Sequence record: SRR22947727_2571
DNA: 43,323 bases
Strand: one strand, 5' to 3'
The notes under the pieces are model-generated. The model did not search any database, was not told the origin of the DNA, and worked only from the letters and a program-made list of their open reading frames with translations. Positions within the stretch are counted from its first letter, which is position 1; every line of letters begins with the position of its first letter. Of the stretch, positions 1-8,875 are shown piece after piece. The position numbers and the translations under genes were made by a program.

Positions 1-176
1 AATAAATCACGGCGGCTCTCAAAATTAGAAGCGCACGCATTTGATTAAAGGGCGCTCTGAGGGAACTGAGATTTGGGCAGTGGAAACGTTCCCGTTAGAT
101 TGAATCTATCGGCGCATTTGTATTATTTCCGGAACTTGCCATTTAGCTGGATTCAAGGATTCTACGGCACGAAAAG

Positions 177-2108
177 ATGATATTGGTGGCTTTGAATCAA
201 GATGACCGGGAAGATCTGGGGTTCCTCGATGTTTCAGAGGGGCGACGGATTCGTATTGGTCGGCGTCCCGTGGCTTTGGAAGGGGAATCGGTCGATTTGT
301 TGACGATTACCTGGAAGGACCGCTTGGTGAGCCGAAATCATTTCTCGGCGATAAAAGACGGTGACGATTTGATGGTCGAGCGTTTACCTGCGTTGCCTGG
401 GCGTTCTCAGCCTAATTCTCTCTATTCGAACCGTGTTTCTAGAGATCGGGAGATTTTAACCGAGCCTTATCGGGTTCGGCCCGGAGAGTCGTTTTGCATC
501 GGAATTCAGGGGGCGACTTCGTTTTTCTGGCTGAAATCGATCGACGAATTGGAGAATGCGCTTGGAGAATTGGATGAGCTTTCGGATCAGGAACTCGCGG
601 GGTTTTTACCTGCGAGTAATGCGGTCATTGATTACGATGACGTGGCCCAACTTGATGAATACAGCCTGCGATTTCAGCTGAAACTGCTTCAACGTGAACT
701 GCCTGAGCAGGTTTTGAGTGGTTGGTCAGATGAGGAAGATTTGTTTTCACGGGCGGCGCTGTTTTTGGAAAACGCGTTGCCGGGGCAAAAGGGCGTTTCG
801 GCATGTTATGTCGCGGTTTCAAAGAACGGGGATGAGGTTGAATACGAGGTGCTGAATCGGGATCCTACGGCGCGGGCGGATTTTCGGCCAAGCCGGACGT
901 TGCTGGCACAAATGAGCATTTCGTCACCTATAAAAGAGGATGTGCGTGTTTGGAATTCGAAGGAAGACCAGCGGGTCTTTCGGGTGGGAAGTTTGGGAGC
1001 GGAGATTGATTGGGTTGCGATCATTCCGGTGGCAGCGATGGATGACAAAGCGGAAGTTCACCGCGATGAATCGGGACGTCCGGTATACCAATATGTCGTT
1101 GTTCGTCAAGCGACTGAGACCGCAGCAGCATCGTTTGTTCCGTTTTTACGTTTGATCGCCTCGCTAGCTGCCAGCCTCTTGCATGCTCGTCGGGAACAAC
1201 GCGTTCAGGATCGGATGTCGACGTATTTTTCGCCGGCGCTGCGAGATATGATGGGCCGTGAGGGAGAAGGCGAATTTGATCCGGCGATGGTGGACTGCAC
1301 GGTCATGTTTGTGGATCGGCGAGGAAGTTCGCGCCTGTTGGAAAAGGCCAAAACTGATGAGGAGATTCTGGATCGTCTCGACGAAAACCAGGAAATCGTC
1401 GGCATGATCACAGGGCTGATTTTTGAACAGGAAGGGGTGATCACTGATTTTGCGGGAGACGGGGCGCTGGCGCTGTGGGGCTGGCCGAAGTGGGTTAAAA
1501 CGAAGCGAGCTCATGCGCGTTTTGCGGTTGAGGCCGCCGAAAAAATTATTCGTGATCTGGCTGATCGGGTGGAATACGAGGACGAGCACGGGCGCTTGAT
1601 GCCGTCAGTTCGTCTTGGAATCAGCACGGGGCGCCTTGCTGTTGGAAAAACCGGTCCCAGTCAGCAATGGCATATCAGTGTGTTTGGAAGTGTTGCAAAT
1701 TTAGGAGCCCGTCTCGAACGAATTGCGAAAGAGTTCAAGGTGCCGATTTTGATTTCAGCCGAGACTCGCGACCGGATGGAGGAGGATAATCGCATTGAAG
1801 GGGAAGGGCGGCTTTTGCGAAAACTTTGCTATATTGAGCCGGCCGGATTTAAAGAGAGCTATCCGATTTTTGAACTGGTTCAGGCGAAAGAATTGGGAGG
1901 ATCAGGCGCCTCAAAGGAAGATGTGGCGACGTATGAGCGCGCCTTGGATGTGTTTGTGAAACGTCAGTGGAATGACTGTCTTGATTTACTGAAAACACTC
2001 CCACATGATGACGAGGCAGCTCAATGGCTGATCCGTAAAACATTAAAATTTCAGAAAAATCCTCCTGCTGATGGATGGGGAGGGGAAATCAAGAGCTTGA
2101 GTAAGTAA
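177..2108 (+). CDS. FHA-domain class III nucleotide (adenylate/guanylate) cyclase with central GAF-like region
   Basis: FHA motifs IGRR and VSRNH; cyclase motifs TVMFVDRRGS, DFAGDG, RLGISTG, VFGSVANLGARLE; helical C-terminal tail. Confidence 0.88.
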   Translation: MILVALNQDDREDLGFLDVSEGRRIRIGRRPVALEGESVDLLTITWKDRLVSRNHFSAIKDGDDLMVERLPALPGRSQPNSLYSNRVSRDREILTEPYRVRPGESFCIGIQGATSFFWLKSIDELENALGELDELSDQELAGFLPASNAVIDYDDVAQLDEYSLRFQLKLLQRELPEQVLSGWSDEEDLFSRAALFLENALPGQKGVSACYVAVSKNGDEVEYEVLNRDPTARADFRPSRTLLAQMSISSPIKEDVRVWNSKEDQRVFRVGSLGAEIDWVAIIPVAAMDDKAEVHRDESGRPVYQYVVVRQATETAAASFVPFLRLIASLAASLLHARREQRVQDRMSTYFSPALRDMMGREGEGEFDPAMVDCTVMFVDRRGSSRLLEKAKTDEEILDRLDENQEIVGMITGLIFEQEGVITDFAGDGALALWGWPKWVKTKRAHARFAVEAAEKIIRDLADRVEYEDEHGRLMPSVRLGISTGRLAVGKTGPSQQWHISVFGSVANLGARLERIAKEFKVPILISAETRDRMEEDNRIEGEGRLLRKLCYIEPAGFKESYPIFELVQAKELGGSGASKEDVATYERALDVFVKRQWNDCLDLLKTLPHDDEAAQWLIRKTLKFQKNPPADGWGGEIKSLSK

Positions 2109-2150
2109 GGGGCCAAAGAAGAACCCCACGACCCATTTTTTTAACGCCAC

Positions 2151-4310
2151 ATGGCCGACGACTTTGACGTAAAAGATTACAATATTTACCTCCCGCCACT
2201 CGGGGAGGGAACCTACGGTCGTGTCTTCCGGGCGACTTATCGCGGGATTTCAGATCGAGCGTTGAAGATTTTTCGTCCCGGCGCGGTGGATCTTTCAACG
2301 ATGTCGCGCGAGCTGGAAAAACTTTCCAGCGTGGCCGAGCACAACGGGATTGTCACCCTGCACGATTTCGATTTATTGAGTGAGCCGCCGTATTACGCGA
2401 TGGGTTTGCACGCCGATCAGAATCCCGATGGATCATGGGAAACTCGCACTTTGGAGCGCCTTTGTGGCCACGTGGATTATCGAGAGGCGTGGCGCTTGCT
2501 GAAAGAAATTGCTGATGCGATGGCCTACTTGCATCGTCATCAAATCGTTCACTGCGATGTGAAGCCGAGTAATATTCTGCTCACCGACGAAACTCCCTAC
2601 CGGACAAAAATTTGTGATTTCGGCCAAAGTCGAGGCCTCGCCATGGAGGGCTTCGAACCCGTTGGAACGCCGTTGTATGCTCCACCGGAACAACTGCGCG
2701 ATCCACGGGACTCTGCGGGCGGAAAAGGATTCCGTTGGGATGTTTATAGTTTTGGCGTGATGGCCTTCAAGTTGGTTACCGGAAAGCTTCCGCGACTTCA
2801 GGAACTTGCCGACGCCGAACGAAACAGTTTTGATCCCGAGGCGACGTTGGTCGAATCGAGTATCGAAGCGACCCTGGCTGATGCAGAAGGACGCGACCGA
2901 ATCGATGGTGATCGGCTTGCGACGATGAGCGAAGCAGTCGAAGAGATTAGCTGGCCAGCTGATGCTCCGTTTTTAGCTGAGCGTCGCGAATTGATCGAGC
3001 GGTGTTTGTCATTGGATCCCAATAAGCGCCCAGCAGATATGCGGGAAGTTTGGAACACCATGCGCACGATCGATAGCAATGTGCTGGTCAGGCGTGCCCG
3101 TCGATTGAACGCCCTTTTTGGAATCCTCCTAGTCATCGCGGTGTGGGCTTCCGGCTTTGCCTTTTTTCAGGCCAAGCGCGCCAAAGAGGCGTCCATTGCA
3201 TCGAAGGCAAAGGCTGAACAAGCAGAAGAATTGGCGCTTTTTATCACCAATAAGCTGAACCATGAAGAGTTATCCGGTCCTGGCGCAGAAGAACTCTATG
3301 ATCATATTGCAACCCACTCAGAAGCTTATTTAGAAAACCTTCCCGAAGGTCGCAGCTCGGATAAATTGCTTCGAATTTCTGCAAATACCGCATCGATGCG
3401 TGGACGGAATGCGTGGGAGAGAAATGACATTGATGAAGCGATTGAGAAATTCACCAATGCCTACGGAATTCGACTCAAGCTCGCCGAGACCAACAAAGAC
3501 GACGATAATTTGAGATGGCTTGCGTCACGTGACCTCTTTGTGATCGGGCAATTGGAAGAAAGACGGGAAAACCTTGATGAAGCATTAGTCAGCTATCAAA
3601 ACGCTTTCGAATTACGATCTGAAACGGTGAATTTTGAGTTACCTTTGGGAGTTGTTACACTCCGTGAACTGGCGGAATGCGTCCGTGGTTTGGGCAGGCT
3701 TCATGCTTCTCAGGAAGATTTCAAAACCGCTGCAGAGGAATACGAAAAAATGCTGGAGTGGTATGATTTGGCTCTCACCACTGCTCCGGCAACCGGTGTC
3801 TTGGGAATGAGTAGAGACCTGCTGCCACTCATCGAATCTTATGGCGAAACGCAGATCGCCTTAAAGAACTATGATGAAGCGGGTGATCTGTTTCAACGCC
3901 AGCTGAACGTTGCCGAAACCGTCCGGAATGGCGCGCCCATGTCTCGCCGAAATGCCGATATTGCATCGGTTCATGCGATCGCTGCACTTGGAAAAATTCA
4001 ATTATTGCAGAAACAACCGGAAGCAGCGTTGCCCTTTTTCCTGGAGGAAATCAAATTGCTTGAGCGGCTACTCCGCACTCGTTCGAACGATCCCGAACTT
4101 GTCTTTCAGATTGCGGATGCCTTTTCGAATGCGGCCCTATGCTGGGATCCCAAGGTGGATTCGGATCGGATTCGATCGATTTCCATGTTGCAGGAAGCCA
4201 TTTCCCGAGTCGCCGCACTCCCCGCTGAAGTACGGAAAAAGCCGGAAACCGAAGCAATTTTGGTGGCCTACAACAGCAAAATTTCGGAATTGCTCGAAAT
4301 GGATGAGTGA
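2151..4310 (+). CDS. Hanks-type Ser/Thr protein kinase with TM helix and TPR-like C-terminus
   Basis: LGEGTYGRV, ALK, HCDVKPSN, DFG, APPE, DVYSFG; TM segment ALFGILLVIAVWASGFAFF; helical repeats after it. Confidence 0.93.
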   Translation: MADDFDVKDYNIYLPPLGEGTYGRVFRATYRGISDRALKIFRPGAVDLSTMSRELEKLSSVAEHNGIVTLHDFDLLSEPPYYAMGLHADQNPDGSWETRTLERLCGHVDYREAWRLLKEIADAMAYLHRHQIVHCDVKPSNILLTDETPYRTKICDFGQSRGLAMEGFEPVGTPLYAPPEQLRDPRDSAGGKGFRWDVYSFGVMAFKLVTGKLPRLQELADAERNSFDPEATLVESSIEATLADAEGRDRIDGDRLATMSEAVEEISWPADAPFLAERRELIERCLSLDPNKRPADMREVWNTMRTIDSNVLVRRARRLNALFGILLVIAVWASGFAFFQAKRAKEASIASKAKAEQAEELALFITNKLNHEELSGPGAEELYDHIATHSEAYLENLPEGRSSDKLLRISANTASMRGRNAWERNDIDEAIEKFTNAYGIRLKLAETNKDDDNLRWLASRDLFVIGQLEERRENLDEALVSYQNAFELRSETVNFELPLGVVTLRELAECVRGLGRLHASQEDFKTAAEEYEKMLEWYDLALTTAPATGVLGMSRDLLPLIESYGETQIALKNYDEAGDLFQRQLNVAETVRNGAPMSRRNADIASVHAIAALGKIQLLQKQPEAALPFFLEEIKLLERLLRTRSNDPELVFQIADAFSNAALCWDPKVDSDRIRSISMLQEAISRVAALPAEVRKKPETEAILVAYNSKISELLEMDE

Positions 4311-4311
4311 A

Positions 4312-5433
4312 TCAGCTGTCCGCTGTCATTCGGTGAGTCGGAGTCGGCATTCCCGGGCGGAAGTGCTCCGTGTGTGTGATTTTGTAAGTCAGCCCTAGAG
4401 CAGTCTTTAATTCTGCCTCAATCGCTGCCGTAGCGGCTCCCTCCAAAGTTTCGGGCGCGGTTTCTGCCCGGATATTCAGCAGTAACTCACCGTCGTCCAG
4501 CGGATCGATTAAGTGATGAGAAAGCTCAGGTTCTGAATTTCCGCGAACCAAATTGATCGCTCCGATTTCCATCGGGTCAGCCAGCGGAGTCAGCGTCATT
4601 TTTAAGTGGGCGACTTCAGCATCGGCATCCGTCATTTTTTTACGGAGGGTTCCGGCGAGCGATTTTAGAAGTTTATTCCCGTCAAATTCAGTATCCGTGT
4701 CTTCAATCGCCACTGTCATGTTCAGCCAGCCGAGCAACGCTTCGCCCTCGCCGTAGCGATCATAATCGATGTCCAAAAAGCGACCCACATTCATTTTGGA
4801 ACTGGTAGCGGCCTCAAACCAGTCCTCGCAGCCAGTGCCATCGCGTGCCGAAATTTCAAAGATCCGAGCGTCGGGAAATTCTTTCTCCAACGCCGAACGC
4901 AATGTTCCAAGCGAATCATCATCCAGTAAATCCAACTTGTTGATCACGATGAACTCAGCCTCCTCAAGCTGCTTTCGATAGATGTAAGTCACGTTCTTGG
5001 AAAACTTCTTTCCATCATCTGAAAGCCCTAAAACCTGACGGGCCCGAAGCGGATCGATCAGCACGCTTAGTGGCGAAACCGTGTAGTCATCGCCATAAAT
5101 TTTCTGAAGCGGCAGACTCACCGTCGCCACCAAATCCGTGCAACTGCCCACCGGTTCAGCGAGAAAAACATCAGGCCGCGTCGCTTTTGTTAAATTTCGA
5201 GCCGCATCGATCAGAGAATTAAATCGGCAGCAAAAACAGCCGCCTGAAATTTCTTCGACGGGAAACTGATTTGAGCGCCCGATCGCAGAATCCACCAAAC
5301 CCGCTCCCTGATCATTTGTGATCAAACCAACGGTGTGCTTTTTGGCCGCAAGGTAGTGGGCAAATCGTTGAATCACTGTCGTTTTTCCGGCTCCCAGGAA
5401 ACCGCCGATCATGATATATTTGGAGGTTGGCAT
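4312..5433 (-). CDS. COG0523/CobW-P47K family G3E GTPase (putative metallochaperone)
   Basis: GGFLGAGKTT Walker A, GGCFCC (CxCC), EPVG, NKLD; start moved to ATG at 5433 (MPTSK) because the upstream extension runs through repeats. Confidence 0.9.
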   Translation of the reverse strand: MPTSKYIMIGGFLGAGKTTVIQRFAHYLAAKKHTVGLITNDQGAGLVDSAIGRSNQFPVEEISGGCFCCRFNSLIDAARNLTKATRPDVFLAEPVGSCTDLVATVSLPLQKIYGDDYTVSPLSVLIDPLRARQVLGLSDDGKKFSKNVTYIYRKQLEEAEFIVINKLDLLDDDSLGTLRSALEKEFPDARIFEISARDGTGCEDWFEAATSSKMNVGRFLDIDYDRYGEGEALLGWLNMTVAIEDTDTEFDGNKLLKSLAGTLRKKMTDADAEVAHLKMTLTPLADPMEIGAINLVRGNSEPELSHHLIDPLDDGELLLNIRAETAPETLEGAATAAIEAELKTALGLTYKITHTEHFRPGMPTPTHRMTADS

Positions 5434-5485
5434 GTTAGGCGTTCGACGTAGTGAAAATTGAGATCTTAGAATGAAAAAGAGCGAG

Positions 5486-5644
5486 CATGGACCGCGATGA
5501 TCCCTCGTCGCAACGTGGTCCGATAAAATATGGCAATACCCCGACGCTTTGTTTTGAAAAATCAGCACCTGCCGGGAAGGAGCGGGTTAGAGGATATGGT
5601 GTCTTCACGAACCACTGTGCGACGAGGGATCGTCGCGGTCCATG
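5486..5644. repeat. Inverted pair of REP-like palindromes (REPIN-like doublet)
   Basis: 5486-5512 CATGGACCGCGATGATCCCTCGTCGCA matches the reverse complement of 5618-5644 at 26/27; each copy holds a GCGAYGA-4nt-TCGTCGC hairpin. Confidence 0.8.
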
Positions 5645-5650
5645 GCAGCG

Positions 5651-5703
5651 TTTCACGAACCAACAGGGTACGTTTGATGAACCAACCCTATTGGTTCGTG
5701 AAA
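5651..5703. repeat. Dispersed double-box repeat, locus 1
   Basis: TTTCAC-GAACCAACAGGGTACGTTT-GAT-GAACCAACCCTATTGGTTC-GTGAAA; 13-bp perfect terminal inverted repeat; similar units at 8236, 14413, 30654, 33835. Confidence 0.85.
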
Positions 5704-5717
5704 ATTGTTTTCTAAAA

Positions 5718-6179
5718 TTAGGAATCCGCATACTCCGGTTGAGTTTGCATCTTCTCGATCAGCTTATTCAGATACTCGATGTAGCCGTGAACATCGACGC
5801 TTTCGGCTTCGGGTTTTCCGCGAACGGCATAAAGCCATCCGTCTTCGAAAGGTGACGTTCGCACGAGACATGCATCGACTTCGAGCAACGGGTTTCCACC
5901 CTCAAATTCGCCGTCCATCACGCAAAAGAGATCGCTCGCCGCTTTGAATCCCTCGACATAGCCGAGTTGCTGGCCTGACTCGACGGCTACACCGTTGTCT
6001 GTTTCCCAGCGTGCTTCGACCAGTTCGCCGAGCATTCGAGTGGCGAATTTCGTGAAGCCGACCCGCCACAAATCAGGATCATTTTCGTCCTGAGCCATCC
6101 AGTAGTGACTCTTCGAATAGCGAAAGGCGACGGGAAATCGCGCCGACAATCGAGCGTGTTTGTAACGAACCGTTTCCAT
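5718..6179 (-). CDS. Glycine cleavage H protein-like lipoyl carrier (stand-alone paralog)
   Basis: YSKSHYW, RVGFTKFA..LGELV, lipoyl-Lys motif VEGFKAASDL, SPFEDGWL. Confidence 0.85.
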   Translation of the reverse strand: METVRYKHARLSARFPVAFRYSKSHYWMAQDENDPDLWRVGFTKFATRMLGELVEARWETDNGVAVESGQQLGYVEGFKAASDLFCVMDGEFEGGNPLLEVDACLVRTSPFEDGWLYAVRGKPEAESVDVHGYIEYLNKLIEKMQTQPEYADS

Positions 6180-6200
6180 TCAACCAAGTTACGAAACCAA

Positions 6201-7370
6201 TTACCGAATGGGCCCAAAATGATGCCCGAACGGCAGAAAAACGAACAAGCCGCGCCCTACGATATTGCGTTCGGGGACGATTCCCCAGTCACGAGAATCT
6301 GAACTGTTGGCGCTGTTGTCTCCCATCGCCCAGTATTCTTTCGGGCCGAGATCTTGATCTCCGCTTCTCGTGTAGCCCACCGTATATTCACCTTCAAGAG
6401 ACATCACCCGCGCCATTCCGAACTCTTTCGCTTTTTCGCCATTGATAAAAAGGTTTGGGGAATCCCACTTCAATTCGTTTCCGGGAGTGCCCACGAGGCG
6501 TTTGATATAATGCTGCGAGCCTTCTTTTGGATCGACTCCATTCTGAATTCCGGCGATGTCCCGAGTGTTGAAAACAAACACGTCACCCCGCTTTGGTTTG
6601 ATCCAATGATACGAAAAGCGATCCACAAAAACCTGATCGCCTGTGTCGATGTAACCCTGTGCGATGACCGATCCTTTCGGATAAAAAAAGCGGCCGCGAC
6701 TCCCGCCGGGTTGCATTAAGTGGGTAACTCGTGCCGATGTACCTGGGATTGTAAAAAGGGTTTTTCCGTTCGGGTCTTTCACCATTGTCTGAGTGAAGAA
6801 CAGAAGAAATTGCCGTTGTTTGAGCGATCCTATCTGCGTGTCTTCTTTCGCCACTTTTTTCACGTAACTCCGGCCATACCAAACCTTGTCTTTGATCTGG
6901 GTGAAAAGTCCCGGCTTCTCCCAATTCGGGGATTGTTGAGGATAAGCAATCACACCATTTAGCGTTGGCTGCATCGAGCCGGTCGGAATTTTAAACGGCT
7001 GCGCAAAATAGGTCCGGAATGCCATCACGATGACGATCACGACAAAAAAGGACTCCACGTTTTCGCGAATCGCGGAGGATTTGTAGCCTTTCACGGATTT
7101 CTCGCAGGTTTTGGTGAGTGCTTCGGCCGAGTCTGAGAGCTCCTTTTGGGTGGTGATTTTCCCGGTGAAGGCGTCTTGAAAATCCGATTCCAACTCGGTA
7201 ATTTTTTCGCGCTGCGGTTCCGCGATCAAATCGTTGTTGTAACGCAGGAAGCGCTTCACGTCTTTCATCAGCATTTTTGCCCGTTTCGCGTGCTTTCGCG
7301 TGATTGGCTCATTTGCATTCGGGTTCTCCTTTTTTTCTGGAGCTCCCTTTTGATTTTTTTGTTTCGCCAT
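6201..7370 (-). CDS. lepB: Signal peptidase I
   Basis: PFKIPTGSMQPTL (Ser), YIKRLVG (Lys), MGDNSANSSDSRDWG; start set at ATG 7370 (MAKQK). Confidence 0.95.
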   Translation of the reverse strand: MAKQKNQKGAPEKKENPNANEPITRKHAKRAKMLMKDVKRFLRYNNDLIAEPQREKITELESDFQDAFTGKITTQKELSDSAEALTKTCEKSVKGYKSSAIRENVESFFVVIVIVMAFRTYFAQPFKIPTGSMQPTLNGVIAYPQQSPNWEKPGLFTQIKDKVWYGRSYVKKVAKEDTQIGSLKQRQFLLFFTQTMVKDPNGKTLFTIPGTSARVTHLMQPGGSRGRFFYPKGSVIAQGYIDTGDQVFVDRFSYHWIKPKRGDVFVFNTRDIAGIQNGVDPKEGSQHYIKRLVGTPGNELKWDSPNLFINGEKAKEFGMARVMSLEGEYTVGYTRSGDQDLGPKEYWAMGDNSANSSDSRDWGIVPERNIVGRGLFVFLPFGHHFGPIR

Positions 7371-7402
7371 GGTGTGAAGAAAATTGTGCGTATGTTCCGT
7401 TT

Positions 7403-8248
7403 TTAGGAAAATTTGTGCATCAGAAATTCCCACAGCATTCGCACTTTGGAAAGCCGGTATCGTTTCTCAAACACGTTAAAGTTATCCGCCCGCATTCGGG
7501 CCAAAATCCGCCTGTAAATTGCCCGCATCAGTTCTGCGGATCGCATCGCGGGGCGATCGACTTCCGGCAATGCTGCGACGGCTTTTTCGTAATAATCATC
7601 CGCTCGGGCCGCTTCGAATTTCATCAAATCGAGAAAACCGGCTTCTGGTTTGAAAGCGAGGATCCCTTCCGCAGTTACTCCAAATCGCTCCAAGTCCTCA
7701 GCCGGTAGATAAATTCGGCCTTCGCCTGCGTCTTCGGCGACATCGCGCAAAATGTTCGTCAACTGGAGGGCGTATCCCAAATTTTCGGCATACGTGCGCG
7801 TTTCCGGCTGGGTGTATCCAAAAAGCTCGATGCTGACAAGTCCCACTGCACTCGCCACGAGGAAGCAATATTGACGCAAATCTTCGAACGTCGTGAACGT
7901 TTGCGGCTCCAAATCCGATTCACAGCCATTGATCACTTCCAGCAACATCGAGCGCGATAGATCGCGTTTCACGACCATCTCACAAAATTCAGTTTCTACT
8001 CCCGCGAGCGGTTCGCCTTTTCCTTCGACGAGTTCTCGCCACGAATTGAATCCCGCCTTTCGATCTTCGTCGGAATATCCGGGATCGTCCGCGAGATCAT
8101 CGACCACCCGGCAGAACGCGTAAAAAATCTGCATGTCCCGCCGTTTTTCCTTCGGCAAAACCGCAAGCGCAAACGCGAGGTTGGACCCCGCATCAGCGAC
8201 GATTTCGTCCGACGTTTTTGTGATTCGAAAAGTGATTTCACGAATCAA
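7403..8248 (-). CDS. Squalene/phytoene synthase family protein (HpnD-like)
   Basis: YAFCRVVDDLADD, YCFLVASAVG, ALQLTNILRDVAED, GRIYLP; start (TTG 8248) uncertain and lies inside a repeat. Confidence 0.9.
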   Translation of the reverse strand: MIREITFRITKTSDEIVADAGSNLAFALAVLPKEKRRDMQIFYAFCRVVDDLADDPGYSDEDRKAGFNSWRELVEGKGEPLAGVETEFCEMVVKRDLSRSMLLEVINGCESDLEPQTFTTFEDLRQYCFLVASAVGLVSIELFGYTQPETRTYAENLGYALQLTNILRDVAEDAGEGRIYLPAEDLERFGVTAEGILAFKPEAGFLDLMKFEAARADDYYEKAVAALPEVDRPAMRSAELMRAIYRRILARMRADNFNVFEKRYRLSKVRMLWEFLMHKFS

Positions 8249-8288
8249 CAGGGTTTGTTCGATGAATCAACAGGGTTGTTTCGTGAAA
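8236..8288. repeat. Dispersed double-box repeat, locus 2
   Basis: TTTCAC-GAATCAACAGGGTTTGTTC-GAT-GAATCAACAGGGTTGTTTC-GTGAAA. Confidence 0.85.
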
Positions 8289-8316
8289 ATGCGCAAAGTT
8301 GGGGGTTGCGGCTGGG

Positions 8317-8868
8317 GTTGATCGGGAGGTCGCACAGAGACACGGAGAACACAGAGCTGTTGGCTCCGTGGTTTTTGGATTTCAGAATTCCATGCTTGGG
8401 CCGAACCAGATCATTAGGTCGAATTTGTCTTCGTCTTCCAGTTCAGGAAACTGAATGGTTTGCAACGTTGAGGCGAACCCTGCGAATGGCCATTTTTTAA
8501 ACTCGACGGGCGAGTGCGGCCTGCGGAGTTGACGCATTTTTGTAATTTAGGGGCCGTAAATTGTCACAAGAGGTGTCACTTCTGCCCGACTCACCAAAAT
8601 CGGAGGACCTTCATAAATTTCGGGGGCCTGTTTTGCCCACGCCAAGAGCAGGAAAAAAACTGCATGCGCCCAAATCGCGATATTTATTCCGATCGCAATC
8701 TGCAACCAATTCGGGCGTCGTTTTTCAGTCTCCGCAATCTCAACTCCAACAATCGACAACCTTTGTGCTTCGCTCATACAACCAATTGGCAGAATGCGGA
8801 GCAATCTGTGACAAGAAAAATCAATCAACCAACGCTCTGTGTTCCCCGTGTCTCTGTGCGACCTCCCG
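8317..8868. mobile_element. Inverted-repeat-bounded cassette 1 (CACAGAG repeat family), carrying a non-nuclease gene remnant
   Basis: 8323-8357 CGGGAGGTCGCACAGAGACACGGAGAACACAGAGC matches the reverse complement of 8834-8868 at 34/35; mobility is inferred. Confidence 0.6.
8382..8777 (-). pseudogene. Single-TM hypothetical protein (~131 codons) interrupted by an in-frame TAA
   Basis: ATG 8777 MSEAQRL..WLQIAIGINIAIWAHAVFFLLLAWA..IYGP, TAA 8547-8549, then same frame open ITKMRQL..PELEDEDKFDLMIWFGPSMEF to TGA 8382-8384. Confidence 0.5.
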
Positions 8869-8875
8869 CAGAGCC

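Noticed and set aside
177-2108. Pycsar/CBASS-type defence system
   Set aside because: No cNMP-binding effector is visible; the FHA plus kinase context fits signalling better, though genes upstream of the window are unseen
7403-8248. Terpene biosynthetic gene cluster
   Set aside because: Single synthase gene; no hpnC/hpnE/shc or crt genes in the window
8236-8288. TTTCACG/CGTGAAA ends as parS sites
   Set aside because: The half-sites are ~40 bp apart rather than forming the contiguous 16-bp palindrome
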